64,000 nt of DNA from an uncultured Clostridia bacterium. GTDB taxonomy: Bacteria > Bacillota > Clostridia > TANB77 > CAG-508. Of the stretch, positions 50,576 to 60,382 are shown piece after piece; positions within the stretch are counted from its first letter, which is position 1, and every line of letters starts with the position of its first letter. The stretch spans positions 142,631-206,630 of the forward strand of contig CAOPES010000002.1 of NCBI GenBank assembly GCA_948502395.1, read 5' to 3'. Position numbers and translations under genes: made by a program. The notes under the pieces were generated by a model that was given only the letters and a program-made list of their open reading frames with translations, searched no databases and was not told the origin of the DNA.

Positions 50576-50665
50576 TACTTTTTGTAAAAAAAATATTAAG
50601 TATTTTGAAATAAAAAAGAAAGCGCTCTTAAAACACTTTCTTTTCAACTATTTCAGCTATTAGTT

Positions 50666-50785
50666 TATATAACGATTTTTTTAAGTTTTTCATAATATAA
50701 AAATCTATATTACGAATTTTTTGATTTTTTCGTAATATAAAAATCTATATTACGAATTTTTTGACTTTTTCGTAATATAGATTTG
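50666..50785. repeat. Three tandem 40-bp repeats, each carrying the inverted repeat TATATTACG-N16-CGTAATATA
   Basis: Units lie at 50666-50705 (degenerate), 50706-50745 and 50746-50785. The last two differ at only a few positions. Confidence 0.9.
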
Positions 50786-50790
50786 ATTTT

Positions 50791-50994
50791 TTATTTTAAA
50801 AATAAGTCTATATATCTTTGAAATGCAAAAACTTGATTTCTACTATATCCAGTTATTTCAATATGTTCCGCTTCTGTTGTTAAGTTTTCTCTAAACAAAT
50901 CATTTAAGAGTGATAATTCCATGCTACAATTTAGCATAGTATTATCTTTTAATTGTTTAGAGTTATCTACTTCTATTTCATAATCATGTAGCAT
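50791..50994 (-). CDS. Hypothetical small protein
   Basis: 67-aa ORF with AAGGAGA upstream. Confidence 0.45.
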   Translation of the reverse strand: MLHDYEIEVDNSKQLKDNTMLNCSMELSLLNDLFRENLTTEAEHIEITGYSRNQVFAFQRYIDLFLK

Positions 50995-51136
50995 GAAATT
51001 TCTCCTTTTCTTTAAATTTGAAAAAGAAAAAAAGCAGAGAAATTAGAATTTTTCTAATCTCTTTGCTCTTTCTTTTCATGCTATCATTATATTATCGCAG
51101 TTTTATAAAATCAATTCCCTTTTTATTCCCTGTTTT

Positions 51137-52678
51137 CTAAAATGGCAACTCATATATATTTGAATTTATAGCTAATTTAACATATTCTATAAAAGAACTT
51201 TTTAATTTTGGTGCTTTTGTTTTTATTTGGTTATACAATTTATTTAATTCTTCATAATACATTTTATTTACAGTATTATGATCAAAAACATTTACAGTAA
51301 TAAATTTAGACATTCCAACATCACTAAAAAATTGTAACTTATCTAAATTCTCTCCTAATCTTTCTAAGAATTCCTCTATTTGTTTGTCATCTAGTTTATT
51401 ATAACTTTCAAATTTTCTATTTTCATTATTTGTTCCACATATATTATCTAAAACGTCTATTAGCTTTTCTTTTAATTCTTCAACATCTATATTATTCTCA
51501 ATTTCTTTAGTAGAAATATTTTTCATTTTAGTATGAGTATTATATTTTGAAATTTCATCTTTAATTTCAGATATACTTTGATACCTATTATCAGGAGTAT
51601 TATCCAAGCATTTTTCTACAATGGTATCTAATAATATCATTCTTTTAGTATCAAATTTTTCTGTTAATTTTTTTCTATGTGTTCCTTTATGAGTTTCTCC
51701 GAATACCATCCATTGTACTAACTGTCCTATTGCATAAATATCCATAGTTGGCTTTGGTTTTTCTTTACTGTTTCTTTGCTCAGGTGCTGCGAAATCAAAA
51801 TTAGCCAGTCTTTCACTAGACATAGTATGCCCTGTCATTTCAAAAATATCTGGATTATAATATGCTATTCCAAAATCTGTTATTACTATATTAAATTGGT
51901 TATCTAATAATATGTTTTGAGGTTTTAAATCTCTATGTATAATTCCTCTTTTATGTACTTGTTCTATACAATCAATTATTTGTTTAAATATTCTAATTAT
52001 TTCTTCTTCTGAAAAATTAGGATCAAATTTTAAAGTTCCACTATATTGTTTCATAACTATTATATCTAATATATCATCTCCAATAGTTACTGTATCGTAA
52101 AAGTAAAGAGTAGCAATGTTTTCTAAATCATTCAATTTTATTACTACATTAGCAAATTCACAAAGAAATCGATTTATCTTATTTTTAGAATTTGCAATTA
52201 ATATTTTAGTTGCAACCTTTTCTCCTTGCAATTCTCCAAATATAACAATGCTATTTCCACCTTCTTTTATATTTAAAGAATCAAATTTTATACTTCCATA
52301 TTTAGTTACTATTTCCTTCTTTTCTTTAAGTTTTTTTATTATATCTTTTCTATCAACAAATTTACTAACTTTCGTTCTTTCAGTATTTTTCTCTTTTAAA
52401 TTTATTTTATCAAATATTTCGCACAAACCATATATAGTATCATCTAATACTTGTCGCCTTTCCGCATATCCACCATAAGTTTGCATTTTTCTTCTAAAAT
52501 CTATTATACTTCCAGTATATTTAAAAATCTCTGGTGTTTCAATACCATATTTTATTGCAAATTGCCTGAATTCTACAAAAAAATCTTTAAATTCTTTTTG
52601 TGTTATTGTTTCATTTCCATATGTAGCAATTGATTCTAGCTCTCCTTTAAATTCTATTAATTTCTGTGTATCCATTTT
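51137..52678 (-). CDS. Cytoplasmic Ser/Thr protein kinase with unknown N- and C-terminal domains
   Basis: HRDLKPQNILL, ITDFGIAY and FAAPEQ. There are no TM or PASTA repeats. The likely start is the ATG at 52678, preceded by GAGGGA. Confidence 0.8.
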   Translation of the reverse strand, partial: KMDTQKLIEFKGELESIATYGNETITQKEFKDFFVEFRQFAIKYGIETPEIFKYTGSIIDFRRKMQTYGGYAERRQVLDDTIYGLCEIFDKINLKEKNTERTKVSKFVDRKDIIKKLKEKKEIVTKYGSIKFDSLNIKEGGNSIVIFGELQGEKVATKILIANSKNKINRFLCEFANVVIKLNDLENIATLYFYDTVTIGDDILDIIVMKQYSGTLKFDPNFSEEEIIRIFKQIIDCIEQVHKRGIIHRDLKPQNILLDNQFNIVITDFGIAYYNPDIFEMTGHTMSSERLANFDFAAPEQRNSKEKPKPTMDIYAIGQLVQWMVFGETHKGTHRKKLTEKFDTKRMILLDTIVEKCLDNTPDNRYQSISEIKDEISKYNTHTKMKNISTKEIENNIDVEELKEKLIDVLDNICGTNNENRKFESYNKLDDKQIEEFLERLGENLDKLQFFSDVGMSKFITVNVFDHNTVNKMYYEELNKLYNQIKTKAPKLKSSFIEYVKLAINSNIYELPF

Positions 52679-52750
52679 TTCTATCCCTCTTAATTTTTTA
52701 TAATTATAACATATTTTGTAAAATATATAAATATATTGCTTATTTTTTAA

Positions 52751-53044
52751 GTTCACTTAGTGTACTAAATAAAAATGGATTTGTTCACTAGGCGTACTTT
52801 TTCTAAAAATCAAGTACACTCGGTGAACTTTTGTCTAAAATAAGTGAACTTTTTCCAATTTTTAGTTCACTATTTTTGGTTTTAACGAAGAATAGCGGGT
52901 TTGAGCCAGTTCACTCGGTGAATTTCTGCATCATATTTGCTTAAAATTTTTGTTTCTTTATTAACTCTTGAAGGCTTGCCCTTCAATGTGTGTAGGCATT
53001 GTGTTAAACATGCTTTCCTGCCTTTAGTATTCACCTTAGTTCAC
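52751..53044. repeat. Iteron-like cluster of A-GTTCACT words
   Basis: Exact GTTCAC/GTGAAC occurs at 52751, 52783, 52823, 52844, 52865, 52909 and 53039. Two near-copies are also present. One site is the palindrome GTTCACTCGGTGAA. Confidence 0.8.
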
Positions 53045-53112
53045 TTGTCTAAAATCAATTTATGTCTACTCAGTTAGATATACTTATCCTTAAATCCTCT
53101 TAATCGAAAAAG

Positions 53113-53190
53113 AATGTGCTTTTAAAAATAAGTCAAGGTTGTGCAATAGCACATTCATTTTAACCTTGACTTATTTTTATAAAGCACATT
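53113..53190. terminator. Long inverted repeat (about 28-nt arms) downstream of the 105-aa gene
   Basis: AATGTGCTTTTAAAAATAAGTCAAGGTT-loop-AACCTTGACTTATTTTTATAAAGCACATT. Confidence 0.6.
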
Positions 53191-53261
53191 AGAATTGTTA
53201 CTTATGATTTAAGTAACATTAATATTATATAAATCAACTAACTTAAACTTTAAATACTATA

Positions 53262-53579
53262 TTACAGTTCTAATTCTTCTTCAGATTTTTTAATTCTTTC
53301 CTTTACTTTTTCTCTCACACAATCTTGAATTGATGCCAATAATAAAGTAATTTCTGTCTCAACTTTTTCTAAATCTTCTTCTTTTACTCTACCTGTTTCA
53401 ATATCACTTATTCTTTTAATAGCTTCTAATGATAAAGCTTTTGAACTATATCTATTTAAGCTCTTTACGAATTCTTTATATTTAGATTGATTCATTAATT
53501 CTTCTAGATATTGTTTTTCAGCATCTAAAAATGTATCTCTTAAAAAAGCTATATTTCCATTAATATTATTTCCTTCCAT
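53262..53579 (-). CDS. Hypothetical protein
   Basis: 105-aa ORF with GGAGGAA upstream. Confidence 0.55.
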   Translation of the reverse strand: MEGNNINGNIAFLRDTFLDAEKQYLEELMNQSKYKEFVKSLNRYSSKALSLEAIKRISDIETGRVKEEDLEKVETEITLLLASIQDCVREKVKERIKKSEEELEL

Positions 53580-53620
53580 TATTTCCTCCTTGTTATATTT
53601 ATTTTATTTAATCTATTTAC

Positions 53621-54508
53621 TTATATTATTAAACCTTCTTTATCTAATCCTAATATTCTTTTTGATACAGCAGAAACATCTACTCCCTGTTGTTGAAATT
53701 TTTTATATAATTCCGTTAATTCTTTTTCACATACATCTTCTTTTTCTTTTTGAATCAAAGCTCTACGAGTCATTCCTTCTGGATATTTTTTATCTGGTAC
53801 ATATACTTCTATCATAAGTTTCCCAAGCTCATTCCACATAGCTATTTGTACTTGATTTAAAAGAAAGTCATATTCTCCATTTTGATTAGTTGATATTGAA
53901 AAATCAGTATTCCCTCTTATAACTTTTGGAGGCACTAGTGCATTAAAATTTATTTGAAAATCTTTTGGATTAGAATATTTTTTTATAAATCCATACCTAA
54001 TGTCTCTTTTTAATCTAGTGTTAAAACTTTTTTCAGAATAACTACTTCTATATTCTTGTATTTGTTCTTCATTTTCATTTTCTAATTTTTCTTTTGCTTC
54101 TTTTGTCGTATATTCCTCTGGTTGATTTTCTAAACATTGTTTTTCTTTTCGTTCTTCATCAGTTAATTCTTTCTCTCCAAAAAGTTCCTTGAATTTTAAT
54201 TCTAAAAATTCTTGAGATACTACTGTGTTAGATTTTATGTATTCTTCTATATCTTCTTGTGTAAAAACTTTTCTCTTCATTTCTAAAACTTTAGCTATAA
54301 TATTTTTATTTTTCTCTATCCAATTTTGTAAATATGGATAACTAAATTCATTCATTATATCAATATCTTCAAAATATTTTTCTAAACCTTTAATTTTAAT
54401 TTCTTCTATTAGTATTTGTGCTACTTTCATAGCAATAATTTCATACTTTTCTAAACTTCCAAAACATTCTATTTTTTGTTCTTCAGTTATTTCGGTATCA
54501 TTAATCAT
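53621..54508 (-). CDS. Hypothetical protein
   Basis: 295-aa ORF with no recognisable motif. Confidence 0.55.
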   Translation of the reverse strand: MINDTEITEEQKIECFGSLEKYEIIAMKVAQILIEEIKIKGLEKYFEDIDIMNEFSYPYLQNWIEKNKNIIAKVLEMKRKVFTQEDIEEYIKSNTVVSQEFLELKFKELFGEKELTDEERKEKQCLENQPEEYTTKEAKEKLENENEEQIQEYRSSYSEKSFNTRLKRDIRYGFIKKYSNPKDFQINFNALVPPKVIRGNTDFSISTNQNGEYDFLLNQVQIAMWNELGKLMIEVYVPDKKYPEGMTRRALIQKEKEDVCEKELTELYKKFQQQGVDVSAVSKRILGLDKEGLII

Positions 54509-54778
54509 ATATATTCCTTTCCATATATTGCTTTATAACAATATAATTTTATTTTAGCATAAAAAGTCAAAAAAATGAAGTCTTTTTTCAAATATTTCCA
54601 ATTAAGTTTTATCTCCAAACATTTATATATTTTTTATAATCAAATTATACTTCTTCGCATACCATATCAACTTCTATCGTTACCCTAATTTTATTATTTT
54701 CTACTCGTTTAACCTTATTTTTGCCTTTCCTCTCAAAACTAATAAAATCCTCAAAAGCAGTAAATTCAACTATTTTGT

Positions 54779-56140
54779 CTAATTTTTTAGATATAGCACC
54801 GAGCAACATTCCACGTGACTTGTAAACGGAAACATATCCACAGGCTTAATAAAGTCAACCATAAAACTTTCTTCCAATTTAGCCAAATCTCTAACCAAAG
54901 TAGCAGGATTACAGCTAATATAAACAAGCCTTTTAGGCATAATTTTCAAAATATTTTCAATACTCTTATTATCAAGTCCCTTTCTAGGCGGATCAACCAT
55001 AACAATATCAGGCTTTACAAATTTATTATTAATCAAATCATCCAAAACGAACTCCACATCACCTGCAATAAACTCTGCGTTTTCTACTCCATTAATGTTA
55101 GCATTCTCCTTTGCCGCTTCTATCGCTTCTTCAACAATCTCAATTCCATAGACCTTTTTTGCATATTTTGCCATAAACAAAGAAATTGTTCCAATACCAC
55201 AATATAAGTCAAAAACCACATTATCCTTAGTTATATTAGCTCCTTCAACACCTATATTATATAACTTTTCTGCTTGTACTGGATTTACTTGATAAAATGA
55301 CAATGGAGATATCTTGAAAGTGTATTCTCCTAATTTATCGGTTATATATCCATCTCCATATAAGTTGATATTTTCCTTTCCTAATATTACATTTGTATTT
55401 TTCATATTTATGTTTTTTACTACTGTTTTTACATTGTTAAATTTTGTTGTTATATCTTCTACTAATTCTTTTTCTTTTGGTATTTGGGTTCCATTAATTA
55501 CAATTATGCACATAATTTCATTTGTTTTCTTTCCTATTTTAGTTACTATGTGTCTTATTAATCCTTTTCCAGTGTTTTCATCATATATACTTATATTGTT
55601 CTTTACAATAAAATCAAAAATGAATTTAGCAACTTTTTCGGCTTGTTTATCTTGAATACAGCATTCATTGATTGGTATAATTTCATGTGTTCTATTTGCA
55701 AATACTCCCATAATCGGTTTTCCGTCTTTGCTTGTTCCTATTGGATACTGTGCTTTGTTTCTGTAATTTAGTGGATTTTCCATTCCTAATGTTTCTTGTA
55801 CTTCTATTTTATTTTTTAATGTTTTATTTACTAAACTTTGTACTGCATTTTGCTTCATCTTTAAAGTTTCTTTATATTCTATATGCCTTAGACTACATCC
55901 TCCACATCGTTTGTATGTTGTACAGTCACTTTCTTTTCTATATTTTGATGTTTCTATTATTTCTACTATTTTTCCAAATGCATGTGATGTTAATACTTTG
56001 ACTATTATTATTTTTACTTTTTCTCCTTTTATTGCGTTTGGTACGAATATTGTAAATCCCTCAATTTTCGCTATTCCTTCTCCACTATATCCATTATCTA
56101 CTATTTCTACTGTATATATCTCGTTCTTTTTTACAGACAT
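54779..56140 (-). CDS. rlmD: 23S rRNA (uracil-C5)-methyltransferase (RumA/RlmD family; TRAM + SAM MTase)
   Basis: It has an N-terminal TRAM, the Cys cluster CTTYKRCGGCSLRH, DLYCGIGT, VDPPRKG and YISCNPAT. Confidence 0.88.
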   Translation of the reverse strand: MSVKKNEIYTVEIVDNGYSGEGIAKIEGFTIFVPNAIKGEKVKIIIVKVLTSHAFGKIVEIIETSKYRKESDCTTYKRCGGCSLRHIEYKETLKMKQNAVQSLVNKTLKNKIEVQETLGMENPLNYRNKAQYPIGTSKDGKPIMGVFANRTHEIIPINECCIQDKQAEKVAKFIFDFIVKNNISIYDENTGKGLIRHIVTKIGKKTNEIMCIIVINGTQIPKEKELVEDITTKFNNVKTVVKNINMKNTNVILGKENINLYGDGYITDKLGEYTFKISPLSFYQVNPVQAEKLYNIGVEGANITKDNVVFDLYCGIGTISLFMAKYAKKVYGIEIVEEAIEAAKENANINGVENAEFIAGDVEFVLDDLINNKFVKPDIVMVDPPRKGLDNKSIENILKIMPKRLVYISCNPATLVRDLAKLEESFMVDFIKPVDMFPFTSHVECCSVLYLKN

Positions 56141-56262
56141 TTATTTTTCTCCTTCTTAAAATATTACTTTTTATATTAATATACTATATTATATATTTTT
56201 TATCAACAATATCAACAAAGAAGAAGGTATGAGATAATCTCAAGCCTTCTCCTTCTTGGTTT

Positions 56263-56730
56263 CTATTTTTTTATTAATTCTAGAATTTCCTTAGGAACAT
56301 ATTCTGAAACATCCTGATTATTTCTAAGTAATTCCATAACCAAACTTGAACTGATCTTCCCTAAGTTACCTGATCTAATATAAATAGTGTCAATCCCAGA
56401 TATTTTCTGATTTACAGTTGCGACTTTTTCTTCATACTCATAGTCTTCACTACTTCTAATACCTCTGATTAAAAAGGTTGTATGATATTCTTTGGCAACA
56501 ACAGCAGAAAGGTTATTATAAGAAATTACAGTAACATTGTTAAGATTGTTACTAGCTAGAACCTGTTCAATTGCTTCTTGCATTAGTTCTCTATCAAATC
56601 TTCGTTTCTTTTCTGGATTAACTCCAATTCCTACGATAACTTTGTCAAAAAGTTTCGCAGTTTGAGTAATTACATATAAATGACCATTCGTAAAAGGATC
56701 AAAGCTACCTGCATAAAAACCAATTTCCAT
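56263..56730 (-). CDS. coaD: Phosphopantetheine adenylyltransferase
   Basis: GFYAGSFDPFTNGHLYVI...IRGIRSSEDYEYE. Confidence 0.88.
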   Translation of the reverse strand: MEIGFYAGSFDPFTNGHLYVITQTAKLFDKVIVGIGVNPEKKRRFDRELMQEAIEQVLASNNLNNVTVISYNNLSAVVAKEYHTTFLIRGIRSSEDYEYEEKVATVNQKISGIDTIYIRSGNLGKISSSLVMELLRNNQDVSEYVPKEILELIKK

Positions 56731-56831
56731 TTTAAGTCCTCCTTTAATTGCTTGGAGGTTTTACCCTCCAAGTGGTTATACTTTTTGGGTAACAAAATTT
56801 ATACATTATGATTATAGCATATGCAAATGTT

Positions 56832-57488
56832 TCAAAAGTCTATTTGAGTATCAACCTCCTTAATATAATCAAGAAGAGCAGAGAAATTTTTATCATCTAC
56901 ATATAATGACTTATCCCATTCGTACCAAATGTCAAATGCTGTCTTTGCACCATTTTGCACCATTTGCCGAACTTTTTTACTTTTGAAAACAACATTGTTT
57001 TCTTGCTTATTTAAAGGATTTTGACATCCCATATCCTGATAAACCTTTGCTTGTATATCAGCTTCCAATTTATCACAATGATAAGCAAAAATTGCCTCTC
57101 TTGTTTTCCTTTCATCAAATTCTAACAATAATGCAAAATATTCTTCCTTCTTAATTAAGTCTCCAAGAACTTCTTTGATTGCTTCATGTTCAATTTGCAT
57201 CTTTTCTTCTGGAGTAATATTATCAAAAGGAGTGATATCTCCTATGACAACTTCTCCTAATTCGTGAAGTACTAACATTTTTATTACTTTACTGATATCT
57301 AAGTATGTTTCAAATTCAGAATCGATACTTAATGCCAGTATGCACGTTCCATAAATGTGTTCAGCAATACTTTCAATTCTCTCCTTACTCACATTCCAAT
57401 GTGTTTCATCCCATCCACTCCTGATTTTGTATTTTAGTTGTGTAGCTAAAAGATAAAACCTCATTGTACTTTTAAGCCTTTCTTGCAT
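56832..57488 (-). CDS. HD-domain phosphohydrolase (YfbR-like 5'-nucleotidase)
   Basis: ESIAEHIYG...LVLHELGEVVIGDITP. It contains an uninterrupted in-frame CGG (plus-strand 56967-56969). Confidence 0.7.
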   Translation of the reverse strand: MQERLKSTMRFYLLATQLKYKIRSGWDETHWNVSKERIESIAEHIYGTCILALSIDSEFETYLDISKVIKMLVLHELGEVVIGDITPFDNITPEEKMQIEHEAIKEVLGDLIKKEEYFALLLEFDERKTREAIFAYHCDKLEADIQAKVYQDMGCQNPLNKQENNVVFKSKKVRQMVQNGAKTAFDIWYEWDKSLYVDDKNFSALLDYIKEVDTQIDF

Positions 57489-57866
57489 ATAGATTCCTCC
57501 TTCAATAATTATTGTGTTGTCTATGTTCCTTTATGTTTAACTCCAAAAGGAGATTATAAAAAATCAATTAGCCTATTGGCTAATTCTCAATGATTATATC
57601 ATAAAAACTTATGTTTATCAATATTTTAGCTTATTTTTTGTAGAAAACTGTAACATAAAATAATAAAAATTACAATGGCTAAATCAAAAATAATTTTTTC
57701 ACAATTTTTTCTCATTGATTTTAGACCATCTATCATTTCACTTTGTTAATATTCTTTTACTTTTAACATTTTCATTCCTTTATTAACACCCAATTGAATT
57801 ATATCATAAACAAAGAAAAAATGCAGTCTTTTCTAAGAAAAAACTACATTTTTAGTCCTGCTTTGG

Positions 57867-58199
57867 TTATTTACGAAAAACAAAATTAACCTTATTGCCA
57901 TCATACTCTTGACATACTATTTCTTCTTGTGAAAATTCTTCTAAGAAGGCATTAAAAATCATTATATATCTGATCGTGATTGATGGTTCTTTTTTGTCAT
58001 CAGGTATTCTTGGTGATATTGTTATCTGATGAACATCTATGCCACCATATTCAATTTTATCCTCCTTCTTAATTACATCCAGTTCCCGCAAATCTCTAAC
58101 CACTTGAGCTATTCTTCTTAAATACGTCATTGTTTTGTCCTCCAAATATTTTATTTTTCGAGGACTTATGCCCTCGAAATTTACTCGAGAGCATTTCAA
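57867..58199 (-). CDS. Hypothetical protein
   Basis: 110-aa ORF containing an in-frame CGG (58086-58088). Confidence 0.4.
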   Translation of the reverse strand: MKCSRVNFEGISPRKIKYLEDKTMTYLRRIAQVVRDLRELDVIKKEDKIEYGGIDVHQITISPRIPDDKKEPSITIRYIMIFNAFLEEFSQEEIVCQEYDGNKVNFVFRK

Positions 58200-58329
58200 A
58201 GCTCATCTATATAATATATATTATAGCAAAATTATGTAAAACTGTCAAACTACATTCTTCAAAAATCTACTGATATAAGCACAAAATAGAAATCCATATA
58301 ACCATTATATTATTATATAGATTTTTATT

Positions 58330-58563
58330 CTATGCAACTTTTATTCCTGTCTTTATTACTTCCCGTACAAAAGGTGTTTCTACATTATCATAATCAGATA
58401 CTTCAATTAAATGTGGCTCTATACGATAATTAATATTTCTTCGTAATTTTCTTAAATTTAATTGCTCAACAAAAATATCATTACACTTTATATCGCCAGT
58501 AATAATAGCAATATCTATATCGATATCTTCATGATTTGTTTTTTTATGATATTTAACATAATG
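58330..58563 (-). pseudogene. 5'-truncated nucleotidyltransferase-domain (MNT-like) gene remnant
   Basis: The open frame ...HEDIDIDIAIITGD...EPHLIEVSDYDNVETPFVREVIKTGIKVA has no start codon. The nearby ATG is in another frame, across an A7 run. Confidence 0.55.
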
Positions 58564-58842
58564 TCACAAAAAATCTCCTTTTTTCAATAGTTTTAGTCAA
58601 AAAAAGTCCAACTCATAAGAGTTGGAATAAGATTTTTGTGTTCATCAAATTTTCATAGTGTTAAAACCAAGTTATCTCAATACTTTCAAAAAGTTCGGCG
58701 AAAATTGTCTTTGGTGCGAACAACGTAGATATCTACAACTTTTTTCACACCTCTAACGATTGATACAAATATCAATCAATTTATTAAAGTATATCATAAT
58801 TTTTATAAATTGCAATAATAAATTTAAAAAAAACTGCAATTT

Positions 58843-58871
58843 TTGACTTTTTATGTAAATTGTAGTATAAT
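58843..58871 (+). promoter_or_regulatory. Consensus promoter for the 88-aa gene
   Basis: TTGACT, a 17-nt spacer, then TATAAT. The leader hairpin TCGGAGG...CCTCCGA follows, then AAAGGAGG. Confidence 0.65.
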
Positions 58872-58954
58872 ATACTTGTAACATATTCTTGTTGCCTTTG
58901 AAATAAGTAAAATTTCGGAGGCATAGTCCTCCGAGCAATAAAAGGAGGATTAAT

Positions 58955-59221
58955 ATGAAAACTTTAAACATCAACTCTAATGTACGAATTAAGCTGACAC
59001 CTTTTGGCATCGCAAAACTCGCAGCCAATCACGAAGAACTTCGTTCATCCCGTCCATCTATTGGCAAATTTACGCCACCCGAAACAGATAAAGACGGCTA
59101 CTGCGAAATGCAGTTGTGGGAAATTATGAGCACATTTGGCGAAGACATGTATATGGGTAACATGCATTTGCCTTTTGAGACTAACATTCAAATCGACGAT
59201 GCACAGTTCGAAGAAGACTAA
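58955..59221 (+). CDS. Hypothetical protein (noticeably higher GC than its surroundings)
   Basis: 88-aa ORF with a strong RBS, followed by the terminator CTGCACACTC...GAGTGTGCAG-TTTT. Confidence 0.6.
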   Translation: MKTLNINSNVRIKLTPFGIAKLAANHEELRSSRPSIGKFTPPETDKDGYCEMQLWEIMSTFGEDMYMGNMHLPFETNIQIDDAQFEED

Positions 59222-59280
59222 AAGATACTTGTTTAAAGACTTCTGCACACTCTATGTATATGGAGTGTGCAGTTTTATAA

Positions 59281-59925
59281 TTAAATATTAAGGTAGCTAC
59301 CAAAAAATTAGCACCTCCAAACTACCTTATAATCTGCGAAGGCAAAGAAACAGAGCCAAACTATTTTAATGGGTTAAAGCAAAAGATAAATGAAAAATTT
59401 GGAGATAGAATTAGTGTAGTACCTGCTATAAAAATAAAAGGTACTGGATTAAATACAGAAAGTTTAGTGAAATATACTAAACAATACATAAACAAATCCC
59501 CTAAAGTATATGGACAAGTTTGGGTTGTTTTTGACAAAGATGATTATACAGATGAACAATTCAATAATGCAATTAAATTAAATGAGTATAATTCAGCTTG
59601 GTCTAATCCTAATTTTGAAGTATGGCTATTATCACACTTCAAAAAAGTTAGCAATCCCCTATCTAAGAACGATTCGTTAAAAGAACTAAAGAAAGAATTT
59701 CAAAATGCTAATTTAGGTAATTATTCTAAAAATGATAATAGATTGGAAACTGCAATTCAAAATTGTAAAGAAATGTATGAGCAACTTAAAACTACTTCTA
59801 GTGAAGCAAGCAAAAATCCTTGTACTACTGTTTTTATGTTGGTGGAAGATTTGACTAAATATTTGAAATCGTTTTACGAAAAAAAATCTACCTTTTACAG
59901 TCGATTTAATCGTTTTTTCGTCTAG
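59281..59925 (+). pseudogene. RloB-like (AbiLii-like) protein lacking a start codon and lacking its usual ATPase partner
   Basis: The frame is open from 59281 and reads LNIKVATKKLAPPNYLIICEGKETEPNYF...VWVVFDKDD...NPNFEVWLL, which are RloB hallmarks. There is no ATG/GTG/TTG before the conserved CEGxxTEPNYF. Confidence 0.6.
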
Positions 59926-60208
59926 TGCGACGATATTATTCTTTGGTCCGAGTATTCTTACAGGAACTTTTAAGAAATGCTGATAAATCAATAATTACAC
60001 GACACACAAAAGCATATTTACATTAGTTTTTCCGCATATTATTTATGACAATAATTAACTTAAAATATTTTTAACCATTTATAATAAATTCTATACTATT
60101 TTTTAATCAATGTTGTTAATGTATATTACAAAAATATACATTGCTATTCTAATAATTTTATAGAAAACGCCCATTTCACAATACTATATAAGTGAAATGG
60201 GCGAGGCA

Positions 60209-60382
60209 TTATTTAGATTCCTTAATAATGCTTATGGCTTTTTCCAAAATAGCAACTTTGTCTTCTTTGTAAGTCAGAATACGAGCAATAAACTCTGCAA
60301 AATTTTCATCAGTCATATGCCGATATTCCCAACCACAGTCGCAAGGTGTACTCCAACATTTTTCGCAATCTGTAAGAGCCAT
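60209..60382 (-). CDS. Small Cys-rich protein (57 aa)
   Basis: MALTDCEKCWSTPCDCGWEYRHMTDENFAEFIARILTYKEDKVAILEKAISIIKESK, with AAAGGAG 8 nt upstream. It is below the ORF-track cutoff and contains an in-frame CGG (60320-60322). Confidence 0.5.
   Translation of the reverse strand: MALTDCEKCWSTPCDCGWEYRHMTDENFAEFIARILTYKEDKVAILEKAISIIKESK

Noticed and set aside
57690-57800. 35-codon hydrophobic minus-strand ORF (MIDGLKSMRKNCEKIIFDLAIVIFIILCYSFLQKIS) as a second small toxin
   Set aside because: It has no convincing RBS, promoter or partner RNA, so the evidence is insufficient.
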